A stretch of 64,000 bases of DNA from Pseudomonadota bacterium (GCA_018823285.1 JAHJIQ010000013.1:89593-153592); one strand, 5' to 3'. Positions 26,979-36,152 are shown, counted from the first letter of the stretch. Program-made: numbers and translations. The notes: generated from the letters alone by a model not told the origin.

Positions 26979-27113
26979 GAGAACAAAGGTTCCGTTGGCC
27001 AGCCCGTCTGCCCGTCCCGATCAGCGGGCTTGCGAAGCATCGAAACCTTTCCCCGAAGAGAGAAGGACGCCGGACAAAAACGCCTTCCGGCGCCATGCCT
27101 CGCCGCAAGGAAG

Positions 27114-28184
27114 TTAGTTCGCCCTGATTTGCGGGGCCAGGCTCGCCATCTTGATCTGCATCAGCGTGGGATTACAATCCGGTGCAACCAGGGCAACCAG
27201 CAGGAACTCCCCTTTGCTTCCGGCGCTGCGTGTGGCCAGGGTGCCATCGGTCGACTCCAGGACAATGGAGTCGCATTTTTCCAGTCCGTTTTCGGTTGTT
27301 GTCTGTGACGCCAGCCTGAACAGGTCGGCAATAACCGTCCCGCCGCTGTTGAGGTCGATCGAATTCCCGTTTTTCTCCTCCGCCAGCAACACCCCATTCC
27401 TGTGCAGGATTGCTGCCCCGATATATCCCGCCACTTTTGCCAGCGCCCTGAATATCCCGGCCTGCGGCAATTCCTTTTCTTCCGGCTGGGTCACGGCCCG
27501 GCTTGCGGTTTCATCTTTTCTGCGGCTTGCCTCGAGCAAGAGCCCGACATAGCTCTTTTCAATGCTCAGGACCGGGGGCCTGACATTCCTCCTGCTTTCG
27601 ATATTGCCGCCCCCAAAGGCCATAATCCGGTAAAAAGCCTCCTCTCCTTCAATATCACCGGCAATGGCGTGGACAATATTGCCGCTGTCGAAAAATATCA
27701 TCCCCGATTTTTTTCCGTCACGGATCTTGAGCGCTACAGTATTGCACGACAGGCAATTGAGCTGAATCATGTCTGAGAGCTCAATACCGGCCATGGTACC
27801 GGTAAAGCCTTTCTGTTCGGTCAGAGCCTCGATCACGCTACCACGTAAGAGCTCGATATCATAAGGTTTTTCAATAAAACGAAGACATCCGCCGAGGAGC
27901 GCGTCGCGTTTTATTTCAGCAGTCGGGAAGGCGGTCATTACAATAAAAGCAAGGTCCGGGACTATCGCCGATGCCGCCAGAATCAGTTCCATGCCATTCA
28001 TTCCCGGCATATGAACATCGGTGATCAGGAGACTGATACCTTCCTTTTCAATGATCGACAGCGCCTCTTCGCCGGAGGAGGCGGTGATGATTTCGGCATT
28101 GATCTCTTTACAGTCAAGGCTTAAGGCGAGAATTTTAAGCTCCTCGATCTCGTCGTCTACCAGTAATATTTTTTTCATAGGCAT
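27114..28184 (-). CDS. response regulator with REC, PATAN (DUF4388) and Roadblock/LC7-like domains
   Basis: REC domain (KKILLVDDEIEELK...LLITDVHMPGMNGMELI). DUF4388-like block (GIELSDMIQLNCLSCNTVALKIRDGKKSGMIFFDSGNIVHAIAGDIEGEEAFYRIM). C-terminus resembles Roadblock/MglB (VAGYIGAAILHRNGVLLAEE...). Start ambiguous (28178, 28184 or 28187). Confidence 0.8.
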   Translation of the reverse strand: MPMKKILLVDDEIEELKILALSLDCKEINAEIITASSGEEALSIIEKEGISLLITDVHMPGMNGMELILAASAIVPDLAFIVMTAFPTAEIKRDALLGGCLRFIEKPYDIELLRGSVIEALTEQKGFTGTMAGIELSDMIQLNCLSCNTVALKIRDGKKSGMIFFDSGNIVHAIAGDIEGEEAFYRIMAFGGGNIESRRNVRPPVLSIEKSYVGLLLEASRRKDETASRAVTQPEEKELPQAGIFRALAKVAGYIGAAILHRNGVLLAEEKNGNSIDLNSGGTVIADLFRLASQTTTENGLEKCDSIVLESTDGTLATRSAGSKGEFLLVALVAPDCNPTLMQIKMASLAPQIRAN

Positions 28185-28417
28185 CACCCGATATGTGCAT
28201 GCAACAGCAGATAAAACTTTATGTAATCAGACAAACATTTCCGACCCGACAGGGATTTCAACAGCCTCCCAGAGGACTCCCGGGGGAAGATCAGCCCATA
28301 CCCGGAAAGACTTTTGCCGAACATTTTCCTGATTATAAAAGGATATTACGCACTCCACAGAAGTGTCAAGAATTGAATTCCCGAAAAGACTCTTTTGACC
28401 TGTTTGAACCCATGCCT

Positions 28418-28447
28418 TTGACTTTCCGTATATTCAACCATTATAAT
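28418..28447 (+). promoter_or_regulatory. candidate sigma-70-type promoter upstream of the flagellin gene
   Basis: TTGACT (28418-28423), an 18-nt spacer, then TATAAT (28442-28447), about 90 nt upstream of the flagellin ATG. I could not find a convincing sigma-28 (TAAA-N15-GCCGATAA) motif. Confidence 0.4.
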
Positions 28448-28533
28448 AACATTAGGGCGTATCCTGTTGCTGCCCGGCTCCCGGCTTTTCTCTTAAAGGC
28501 CGGACATATTCCCCCCTCTCTGGAGGATTTACC

Positions 28534-30429
28534 ATGCCACTTAAAATCAATGACCCTTCTTCTCTCTTTGGCTTGAACCGCCTGAACCAGACTCACAAAA
28601 CCCTTTCCAGTTCGCTCGAGAAACTTGCCACCGGCAGCCGCATCAACCGGGCTGCGGATGACGCCTCGGGCATGGCCATTGCCGATGCCCTGGAAAGCCA
28701 GCGAAAGGGATACGTCCAGGCAATCCGCAACGCAACCGATGCGATCTCCATCACCCAGACCGCAGACGGCGCGATCGGCGAAATGACCAGTATTCTCCAG
28801 GAGATCCGGACCAAGGCGATCCAGGCCGCTTCCGACAGCCAGTCCCGAGACTCACGCCAGGCCCTGCAGGCGGATATCAACCGATACCTTGAAGGGCTGG
28901 ACAATATCGCCAGGACCACATCCTACAACGGCCAGAAACTTCTGACCGGCCAGTTCGCAGGGAAATCGTTTCAGGTAGGCGCGGTTTCCGGGGAGACCGT
29001 GCAGATCAGTATCGGAGATATCAGTCTTGGAAAACTCGGCGGAGGATCCGATTCCGGCGATGGAGAACAGGTCTCGCGCACCTATCTTGCCTCGCCCCTG
29101 ACCCTGCAGAATCCCCTGACGACCAGCGCCGAGTCAAGCCTTGAACCGGGTTCAACGTTAACAGCGCGGACGGAACTCGCCGCCGGGTCCTCCCTCGGGT
29201 TCGCTCTGGACAGCGTCAATCTGGGCGCCGATATTTCGACAACCGGCGAATCAGCTCTCGCAGCCGGTTCTACCCTTGGGGCGGGGAGTGTTATCGCAGG
29301 CGGCACAGAGCTCGGCGGCACAGTCACGCTTGCCGCCGACACGACCACAAGCGGGGTGAACACCATTGCCACCGGCTCGACTCTTGCCACCGGGACCATT
29401 CTTGCCGCCGGGACCGTCTTGAGCACCGACATAACCAGTGGCGGCACAACGTATTCCTCCGGGCAGCCCCTTGCCGCAGAGGTCACCCTGACCCAGGACG
29501 CAGCGATAACCGCACCATTGCACCTCGGCCCGGGATCATCCGTCGCCGCCGGCAGCTCCCTGGCCGGAGGTTCCGCCATATCCGGCAATATCACCCTGGC
29601 CGCCACCGCAACCATGACCGGCCCGGCAGTTTTGAAAAGCGGTTCAATCATCGCGGATGCTGCGGGAACAAACATTCTGTCCGGCTCAAGCATCGGAGGC
29701 CGGCTGACTCTTGCCGCCAACACCTCCGTTATCGGGAAGATGACCGTTGCCGCAGGCTCAGAGATCGAGGCGGGGAGCCTCCTTGGGTCAGGATCATCCG
29801 TGGGTGGTCCGGTCGTCACAGGGACCCCGTTCACCCTTGACAACACGATGCACATCGGTGCGGGGTCTCTGCTGGAATCAGGATCGGTACTCAAGGCGGG
29901 AACAGTTCTGGGAAGCGGGGTCAGCGTGGCCGGAGGGCAATCTCCGGGAGCCGGGACCGTCCTGACCGGCGATGTCGTCACCGAGGGCCGGAATTACCTC
30001 GATTCGGGAACGATCCTCGCAAAAGGCTCGACCCTGGCATCCGGCTCAACCATTGCCCCGCAGACATCACCTGTTACTACTGCCGGAGACAGCAGGCCCT
30101 CAGGATTCAGCCGGCTTGCGGAAATCGATGTGACTTCCATGGAAGGCGCCCAGGCGGCCATCGGCGCAGTTGACGAAGCGCTGTCCCAGCTGAACCGGAC
30201 CAGATCGGGCCTCGGCTCCACCCAGAATCAGCTGGTCTCCTCCATCACCAACCTGTCGGTCACCATGGCCAACACCGCAGCCGCCGGATCGACCATTGCC
30301 GATCTGGACTTCGCCGAGGAATCGACCCTGCTCAACAACTTCCAGATCCTGCTGAAAGCGCAGGTGTTCGCCCAGGCTCAGACCAACCGGATCAGAGGCA
30401 GCAATGTCATGAGTTTATTGCAGGGATAA
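28534..30429 (+). CDS. fliC: flagellin with expanded hexapeptide-repeat central domain
   Basis: N-terminal D0/D1 (LEKLATGSRINRAADDASGMAIADAL; ISITQTADGAIGE...ILQEIR). C-terminal D1/D0 (LGSTQNQLVSSITNLS....IADLDFAEEST.L...QIL.QA...AQAQ). Strong RBS GGAGGA. The central ~330 aa is G/S/T/A/L-rich with 6-residue periodicity. Confidence 0.85.
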   Translation: MPLKINDPSSLFGLNRLNQTHKTLSSSLEKLATGSRINRAADDASGMAIADALESQRKGYVQAIRNATDAISITQTADGAIGEMTSILQEIRTKAIQAASDSQSRDSRQALQADINRYLEGLDNIARTTSYNGQKLLTGQFAGKSFQVGAVSGETVQISIGDISLGKLGGGSDSGDGEQVSRTYLASPLTLQNPLTTSAESSLEPGSTLTARTELAAGSSLGFALDSVNLGADISTTGESALAAGSTLGAGSVIAGGTELGGTVTLAADTTTSGVNTIATGSTLATGTILAAGTVLSTDITSGGTTYSSGQPLAAEVTLTQDAAITAPLHLGPGSSVAAGSSLAGGSAISGNITLAATATMTGPAVLKSGSIIADAAGTNILSGSSIGGRLTLAANTSVIGKMTVAAGSEIEAGSLLGSGSSVGGPVVTGTPFTLDNTMHIGAGSLLESGSVLKAGTVLGSGVSVAGGQSPGAGTVLTGDVVTEGRNYLDSGTILAKGSTLASGSTIAPQTSPVTTAGDSRPSGFSRLAEIDVTSMEGAQAAIGAVDEALSQLNRTRSGLGSTQNQLVSSITNLSVTMANTAAAGSTIADLDFAEESTLLNNFQILLKAQVFAQAQTNRIRGSNVMSLLQG

Positions 30430-30492
30430 GAGATAGCACAGAAGGCCCACCGAACAGGAAGCCCCCTGCCGACTGCCTCCTGAACCCTGAAA

Positions 30493-30783
30493 TCACGATT
30501 TTTCTTTTTTCTTCTGCAGGAAAGACCAGATGAACAGCGCCAGACCGGCGATGGAAACGACGATCGCAACCGGCCAGGGAGTGCGGTAACTTCCGGTTTC
30601 CATGGCGGTAACGATAAAAACGGCGGCAATAAAAAGGACAACATAGCTGGCGTTGCGAAGATCATCCCCGGGAATACTGTGGTCTTCTTCGCTCCCCGAC
30701 CCTGCTCCGTTGCCTGCGCCGCAGGACGCCTTCTCTGCATCCCCCAAATCTACACGCCCTTTCTTCTCAGTGGATTCGTCCAT
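30493..30783 (-). CDS. small two-TM membrane protein
   Basis: Internal ATG at 30783 preceded by GGAGGAGAGG. MDESTEKKGRVDLG..., then two hydrophobic helices (YVVLFIAAVFIVTAM; WPVAIVVSIAGLALFIW). No family recognised. Confidence 0.5.
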   Translation of the reverse strand: MDESTEKKGRVDLGDAEKASCGAGNGAGSGSEEDHSIPGDDLRNASYVVLFIAAVFIVTAMETGSYRTPWPVAIVVSIAGLALFIWSFLQKKKEKS

Positions 30784-30865
30784 ATTCAATCCTCTCCTCC
30801 GGAGATCCGGTTTCACCCTACGGGTAGAAGTTTCGCATGCGCAGGCAAGCTGCCCGGCATAAGCT

Positions 30866-31081
30866 TTACTTGCAGCAGCTCTGCCGCTCTTCAGGCACAC
30901 CAAGCTTTTTCAGGATCAGCCCCATCGGGCAGAAGCCGGTGATCCCGAACTGAAAAAGATTGGCGCCGACAAAAGCGGTAAAGAAGTACCAGTAAGGATG
31001 GACCCAGGTCCCCAGAGCAAGACTTGCGAGAATAAAAATACCGGCAATCGAGTGTATCCAGTCATTCACTGTTTTCGTCAT
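30866..31081 (-). CDS. DUF2892 (YgaP-like) small membrane protein
   Basis: MTKTVNDWIHSIAGIFILASLALG.....WYFFTAFVGANLFQFGITGFCPM is the DUF2892 signature. GGAGG RBS. It lies downstream of the ArsR gene. Confidence 0.75.
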   Translation of the reverse strand: MTKTVNDWIHSIAGIFILASLALGTWVHPYWYFFTAFVGANLFQFGITGFCPMGLILKKLGVPEERQSCCK

Positions 31082-31233
31082 GGTGAAACCTCCTGAGAAA
31101 TATCTGAAAGCAGAACTTGTTTGAAAATAATGATAAAGGCGGAGAATGCGAGGCGACCTGAAAGGACAATATCCGCGCTTCAGGAACCGCACACCCCGCC
31201 GGTCCCGAAAGCGACAATGGAAAACCGGCGGGA

Positions 31234-31527
31234 CTATTCCTTGCAGAACAACTTGCGCATGGTAGCGATAAGTTCGAGAATTCTTCTATCTTCAATCTTG
31301 TTGTAGATAAAATTTGCATCCTTGCGTGAGCTGATGATCCCCTGATTTCTCAGGATCGAAAGATGTTGCGAGACATTGGCGTTGGTGGTCTTGACCTCTT
31401 CCCGGATATCGCCCACCGCCATTTCACCATCCTGCAGCATGCAGAGAATCTTCATTCTGATCGGATGGGACATGGTCTTCAACAGGGCCGCCACACTTTT
31501 TACGTCTTCTTCCTTCAAGATCATCAC
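31234..31527 (-). CDS. ArsR/SmtB-family transcriptional regulator
   Basis: LKTMSHPIRMKILCMLQDGEMAVGDIREEV.TTNANVSQHLSILRNQGIISSRKD is the winged-HTH ArsR pattern. Confidence 0.85.
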   Translation of the reverse strand: MMILKEEDVKSVAALLKTMSHPIRMKILCMLQDGEMAVGDIREEVKTTNANVSQHLSILRNQGIISSRKDANFIYNKIEDRRILELIATMRKLFCKE

Positions 31528-31584
31528 CCCTTTTTACTATTTCAGCGTTTAGTTTAATTTCAGCCACAGGAGTTGTCAATGAGA

Positions 31585-32385
31585 TTAAGACCGGGAAACT
31601 GTGACTTTTATCCCCTTCGCCGCCTTCAGTTCACAGGCAGCACTGCCGCCGTTGACGGCAACCTCCAGGTAATTCCGACTGCCGAGCAGGGCCAGCAGGC
31701 GCCCTTTTTCCACATCACTGTATGCACGCCGGAGAGGACCTATGCCCTGCCCCCCGACACCAACAGCCAAACCGCCATCCGCCGGATCATACCCCCAGTC
31801 CATCATATTATCACGACTTATATTGCTGATCAGAGAACCGAAACTGTCGACCGAGACGACCTTTCCGCGAATCTCACCTCTCGCGGAATCAGGCACGGGG
31901 AAGATATCTTGCAGGGAAACGAGTTCCGCCACCCCGATTTCCGGGCCGACCATGGAGGAGGCCAGGCCGCCATCGAGTTTGGCGGCAACCGGAGCAAAGA
32001 TATCGCGCCCGTGAAAGGTCGCGCTGACCGGTTCAAGAAAGTATTCCTCGCGAGAAACAACGTACGCCCGGACCGGGCCAAGCTCATTGAGCAGAAGGGT
32101 CGCCACCCCGTTGTCCGGCACCAGGAACCGATGCCCCGCCGCCTCAACAAGAACAATCCTTCTTCCGGAACCAACCCCCGGGTCCACAACCACCACATGG
32201 ACGGACCCTTCCGGGAACCAGGAAAAGACCGACCGGATCAGAAAGGCTGCTTCGGTGATGTCCTGCGCAGCCAGAGAGTGATTGATATCGACAATCGTCG
32301 CGTGCGGGGAACGTGACAGGATCACCCCTTTCATCACTCCGACATACTCGCTGGTCAGCCCGAAATCAGTGGTCAGTGTGATCAT
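31585..32385 (-). CDS. SAM hydrolase / SAM-dependent halogenase family protein (DUF62)
   Basis: MITLTTDFGLTSEYVGVMKGVI and VVVVDPGVGSGRR blocks. Start at the internal Met (32385) of the 31585..32400 ORF. Confidence 0.8.
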   Translation of the reverse strand: MITLTTDFGLTSEYVGVMKGVILSRSPHATIVDINHSLAAQDITEAAFLIRSVFSWFPEGSVHVVVVDPGVGSGRRIVLVEAAGHRFLVPDNGVATLLLNELGPVRAYVVSREEYFLEPVSATFHGRDIFAPVAAKLDGGLASSMVGPEIGVAELVSLQDIFPVPDSARGEIRGKVVSVDSFGSLISNISRDNMMDWGYDPADGGLAVGVGGQGIGPLRRAYSDVEKGRLLALLGSRNYLEVAVNGGSAACELKAAKGIKVTVSRS

Positions 32386-32403
32386 GCCTGAATATCTCAA
32401 TCA

Positions 32404-33375
32404 TTAATGCACCATTCTGCTGACCCCGACCAGTCTGGCCCGCCTCCCGATCTCCGGGCGCATTTCCTTTAATGCCGCCATGGTTTGCGGATAGGGATGC
32501 CCGATCCCGATCGCCCAGCCCTTCTTCCCGGCCACATCGAGGAGATGGGAGAGCTGTTTTTTGATCTTGCGCTTTTCCCGGTCATTATCGAGAAAGACAT
32601 GCCGCTTGGCGGTCTTTATCCCCATCTCTCGCGCCATGAAATAGCCGACACTGTTTCTGGAGGTCATGCTGTCGAGAAAGAAGAGCTTATGTTCCTGCAC
32701 CATCTCCAGAAAGAGGGCCATCGCCTCCCGGTTCTGGGTGAACCGGGAACCCATGTGATTGTTCACCCCGGTCGCCTGCGGAAGTGCGGCAAGATCTTTC
32801 CGGAACATCGCCCGCATCTCTTCACGATTCATCGAAATAAACAACGCGCCCGGTCCCGGGTCCCAGCGACTGTCGGCCGGCTCCAGCGGAACATGGAGAA
32901 GAACATCGCGTCCTTTCCGGGCGGCCATTCGAGACAGCTTCTCCAGGTAGGGACCCGAGGGCAGAAAAGCGAATGAGAGTTCAAGGTCGAGGTTTAAAAG
33001 CCCCTTCCCTGTTTCAAGCTGATAGCCCATGTCGTCGATCACGATCGCCAGCAGCGGTTTTTCAGCATCGTCCGGCTCTTCTCCCGCCGGTTTTACGGCA
33101 TCACGGTCAAGCAGAAGCTTTTTGTCTCCGGGTTCGACAATGACCGGGGCATGCGGCAAGCCCGGTTCCTCATAGGTGAAAGGCCCGGCTTTGTCCGCGC
33201 CCCTCCCGCCATTGCCGTTTTCGGTCGAATAGGGCTTGATCACCAGGATCACAAAAGCGGCGATCAGGGTCTGGAGGATAACCCCGGCAATGATCACCGG
33301 CACCAGAAGGTTTTTCTTCTTGCGCTTCGAGATCTTTTTCCGCTTATTATTCTGTCTGCCTTTATATACAGCCAT
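32404..33375 (-). CDS. divergent polysaccharide deacetylase family protein (YibQ-like)
   Basis: N-terminal basic region plus a TM segment. LAIVIDDMGYQ, FLPSGPY, LLHVPLEP, GVNNHMGSRFT and GIGHPYP blocks. Confidence 0.8.
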   Translation of the reverse strand: MAVYKGRQNNKRKKISKRKKKNLLVPVIIAGVILQTLIAAFVILVIKPYSTENGNGGRGADKAGPFTYEEPGLPHAPVIVEPGDKKLLLDRDAVKPAGEEPDDAEKPLLAIVIDDMGYQLETGKGLLNLDLELSFAFLPSGPYLEKLSRMAARKGRDVLLHVPLEPADSRWDPGPGALFISMNREEMRAMFRKDLAALPQATGVNNHMGSRFTQNREAMALFLEMVQEHKLFFLDSMTSRNSVGYFMAREMGIKTAKRHVFLDNDREKRKIKKQLSHLLDVAGKKGWAIGIGHPYPQTMAALKEMRPEIGRRARLVGVSRMVH

Positions 33376-33590
33376 GCCACTATTTTCTGCCGGTCAGATT
33401 TTATTACCAACAGTCATGAAGAGAGGGGGAAACAATCCGGGAATCACAACCGTCACCAGGAATTTCATGCACTGCATTACATTATCTGCCACGAAAGAAT
33501 AGTCAACCGAATTGATCCGGGGCCGTCCTGATGGTATACTTTGTGGCACCTTGCATCCCCATAAGATCAACACATCACCGGAGTCATCCC

Positions 33591-34130
33591 ATGTGCGCAA
33601 CCAGATATCTATTTCTCATTCTCTGTCTTCCCCTCATCTTTTTGCCGCCGGCAACAGCAGGAGAAAACCCGGCAGCAGGACGTTTTGTGAAACTGGATGA
33701 ACAGGCTAAAGAGCTTCCCGATGACGCACCGCACTGGGTGATGGTGAAAGACACCGGAAACGGTCTGATCTGGGAGGTCAAAACCGATGACGAATCCGTC
33801 CACAATTTGAACAACGTCTATTCCTGGAAAAAATCAAAAAGTCAGTTCATCAAACAGCTCAACGATGAAAAATTCGGCACCTTTTCCGACTGGCGCCTGC
33901 CGGAAGAAGACGAACTGGGCTCCCTCCTCGACAAAACCGGAGCTCCCCCATACATCAACGACCAATACTTTCCGAAAACCTTGCCGGAACACTATCAGAG
34001 CTGGGTGTTATGCGGAGATGGCCAATCAGTGAACAGCAGCACGATCCATTTCGGCGATCCGCAGAAAGACAGGAAGAAACCACGCGAAATCAGGGTGCGG
34101 GCCGTTCGGGGGCAGACGGCAAAGAAATGA
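33591..34130 (+). CDS. secreted DUF1566 (Lcl C-terminal domain) protein
   Basis: Signal peptide MCATRYLFLILCLPLIFLPPATAGE. The DWRLPEEDELGSLLD motif is characteristic of DUF1566. Start chosen at the internal ATG at 33591. Confidence 0.7.
   Translation: MCATRYLFLILCLPLIFLPPATAGENPAAGRFVKLDEQAKELPDDAPHWVMVKDTGNGLIWEVKTDDESVHNLNNVYSWKKSKSQFIKQLNDEKFGTFSDWRLPEEDELGSLLDKTGAPPYINDQYFPKTLPEHYQSWVLCGDGQSVNSSTIHFGDPQKDRKKPREIRVRAVRGQTAKK
34020..34074. repeat. 55-bp direct repeat, left copy (inside the 3' part of the DUF1566 gene)
   Basis: GGCCAATCAGTGAACAGCAGCACGATCCATTTCGG(C/T)GATC(C/G)GCAGAAAGACAGGA matches 36098..36152 with 2 mismatches by my alignment. Confidence 0.85.
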
Positions 34131-34253
34131 AGCAAAACCCGGAAGAGACGGCAGACATTTCCAATTCCGTCAAAGTCATGGTGGGCAAGGAAACTATGTT
34201 TTGCAAGGGCTGTCAGGGAACCTTAAGTTTTGTGAAATGAATTGCCGATCCAA

Positions 34254-34460
34254 TCAATCCTCACATTGTGACCCGGCGGATTCGCTGCTTACAGAGACCA
34301 CATTCTCAGACCCACAATCGGGACATATCGTTTTGGCTTCATACATTTTTGGTGAGGTGTTTACCAAAACAACTGTTTTTACCATATGACAAAAAGTTTT
34401 CTTGCAATCACAGCAACACTTGATCACTTCGTATCTTCCGTCGCATTTATCACACTTCAT
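34254..34460 (-). CDS. small zinc-ribbon protein (68 aa)
   Basis: ATG at 34460 preceded by GAGGAGAAAGGGG. MKCDKCDGRY...CCCDCKKTFC......ICPDCGSENV has CxxC pairs at both ends. Confidence 0.5.
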   Translation of the reverse strand: MKCDKCDGRYEVIKCCCDCKKTFCHMVKTVVLVNTSPKMYEAKTICPDCGSENVVSVSSESAGSQCED

Positions 34461-34644
34461 CCCCTTTCTCCTCAGAATCACTGATAATAAATCTCATTAT
34501 ACTATAAAATGAATGGATTACGATTTCGTCTGCACATCATATTTTTTGCGTCACTCATGTGTACAGAACTTGCCACGGCATTCTAAATACTGACTCCCTG
34601 GCGGCTTACCGGTTTGAGGGCAAAAAGGCAACCCAGGATTGCAA

Positions 34645-34692
34645 CTCCCCCAGCAGATAGTGAACAGCGCGAGACTCCGAGCTACGCGGAAT
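34645..34692. repeat. dispersed ~50-nt palindromic repeat unit, copy A
   Basis: CTCCCCCAGCAGATAGTGAACAGCGCGAGACTCCGAGCTACGCGGAAT. The CAGCAGATAG(T/C)GAACAGCG(C/T)GAGACTC core recurs at 55304..55378, and a more diverged unit lies at 55216..55265. Confidence 0.6.
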
Positions 34693-34846
34693 GATGAACC
34701 CTTACGGGTACTCGCTCCCCTGAGGAGTGGAAAATTATCGCTTTGCGGATCAGAACTCCCCCCACCTTTTCCTCGGCAAATAACCCAGTGACCACCCTGT
34801 CGCCGCCCTTGACACCCATGGATTTTACGGGTAGCCTGTAAATATC

Positions 34847-36088
34847 ATGGATAAAAAAAGAGCGTTGGAAGAGAAAATCAACCGCCTGCTTGAGATGTTC
34901 CCGGTAGTTGCGGTCATTGGACCCAGGCAGTGCGGCAAGTCAACTATAGTTCGCCGTTTACGGGCTGACTGGAAATATTATGACCTGGAAAGCCCGGACG
35001 ACTATCAGCTGATCAGCAACGACCCGGTAGCATTTTTGTCCCTTAACCCGGAAAGGGTGATCATTGACGAAGCCCAGCAATACCCCGAACTGTTTCGGGT
35101 GCTCCGGGGGGTTATTGATGCCGATCGGAAGCAGAAAGGCCGATTTCTGCTGACCGGCTCAAGCTCGCCGGAAATTGTCAAGGGGATCACCGAGAGTCTG
35201 GCCGGTCGTATTGCCACGATTGAACTGTGGCCATTCAAACAAAATGAATTTTATGAAACCCCTTTTTCAGGCGTCTATGAGAAAATAATCGCTCCTTCCG
35301 TCCGCCCGAAAGACTATTCAGACCTTGCCCCATCTCTCAAGCTGAACCAGAGCATGCATCTCTGGCTCAAAGGCGGCTTTCCCGAACCGCTCGTTGAGGG
35401 TGCGGGGAGTCAAGATTTCTACCGGCAATGGATGGAGAACTACATCATCGATTATGTCGGCCGCGATATCCGGCAGCTTTTCCCCAGGCTCAATATCCAC
35501 AACTTCAGGAGATTTCTCACCCTGCTGGCTCAATTCTCAGGACATCAGCTCAATATGAGCACCATGGCCAGGGCCCTTGAGGTAAGTGTGTCCACGGTCA
35601 AGGATTATCTGGATATCATTCACCAGACATTCCTGTGGAGAAACCTGCCCCCTTTTACCAAGAACCCGCTCAAGAAGATGCAGAAAGCAAAAAAGGGATT
35701 TTTCCGGGACACCGGGATTTTGCACTACTTTCTGAAGATCACGGAACTGGACCGCTTGCTTATTCATCCGGTTGCAGGTTTCTCCTTTGAAAGTTTTGTG
35801 ACCGAAGAGCTGATCAGAGGCCTTCAGACAACAATGACGACCCAGCTGGACTTCACATATTACCGAACGATCGACAAATCAGAAGTGGACCTGGTGATAG
35901 AAGGTCCTTTCGGCATTGTCCCCGTGGAAATAAAACTCCATTCATCTATGGAAAAGCGGAGCTCTTTGCGAGGTCTGGAAAACTTCCTGGCCGACACCGG
36001 GGCTCCATACGGAATTCTGATCAACCGGGGAAAAAGGGTGGAACTTCTCACCGACAAAATCGTGCAAATTCCGGTCAACTATCTCTGA
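34847..36088 (+). CDS. AAA-type ATPase with DUF4143 domain (COG1373-like)
   Basis: Walker A (VIGPRQCGKST) and Walker B (RVIIDEAQ). RFLLTGSS. C-terminal ...YRT...EVDLV.E.....P.EIK pattern typical of the AAA_14/DUF4143 family. Confidence 0.85.
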   Translation: MDKKRALEEKINRLLEMFPVVAVIGPRQCGKSTIVRRLRADWKYYDLESPDDYQLISNDPVAFLSLNPERVIIDEAQQYPELFRVLRGVIDADRKQKGRFLLTGSSSPEIVKGITESLAGRIATIELWPFKQNEFYETPFSGVYEKIIAPSVRPKDYSDLAPSLKLNQSMHLWLKGGFPEPLVEGAGSQDFYRQWMENYIIDYVGRDIRQLFPRLNIHNFRRFLTLLAQFSGHQLNMSTMARALEVSVSTVKDYLDIIHQTFLWRNLPPFTKNPLKKMQKAKKGFFRDTGILHYFLKITELDRLLIHPVAGFSFESFVTEELIRGLQTTMTTQLDFTYYRTIDKSEVDLVIEGPFGIVPVEIKLHSSMEKRSSLRGLENFLADTGAPYGILINRGKRVELLTDKIVQIPVNYL

Positions 36089-36097
36089 TCAGGGACG

Positions 36098-36152
36098 GCC
36101 AATCAGTGAACAGCAGCACGATCCATTTCGGTGATCGGCAGAAAGACAGGAT
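36098..36152. repeat. 55-bp direct repeat, right copy (orphan 3' fragment of a DUF1566-type gene)
   Basis: Matches 34020..34074 with 2 mismatches. It would encode (G)QSVNSSTIHFGD(R)QKDR with no upstream gene body, and it begins 10 nt after the ATPase stop. Confidence 0.85.

Noticed and set aside
28534-30429. Treating the flagellin (plus the FliK-like gene at 52043..53131) as evidence of a flagellar gene cluster in this window.
   Set aside because: No basal-body, hook, motor, export or sigma-28/FlgM genes are present in the 64 kb. Both genes are isolated, so they are reported as orphans.
34254-36088. The idea that the zinc-ribbon ORF plus the DUF4143 AAA ATPase form an anti-phage defence system.
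   Set aside because: The two genes are divergent, so they are not an operon. I see no nuclease, effector or other known defence partner. DUF4143 ATPases are widespread with no established defence role. Only the bracketing direct repeat is reported.
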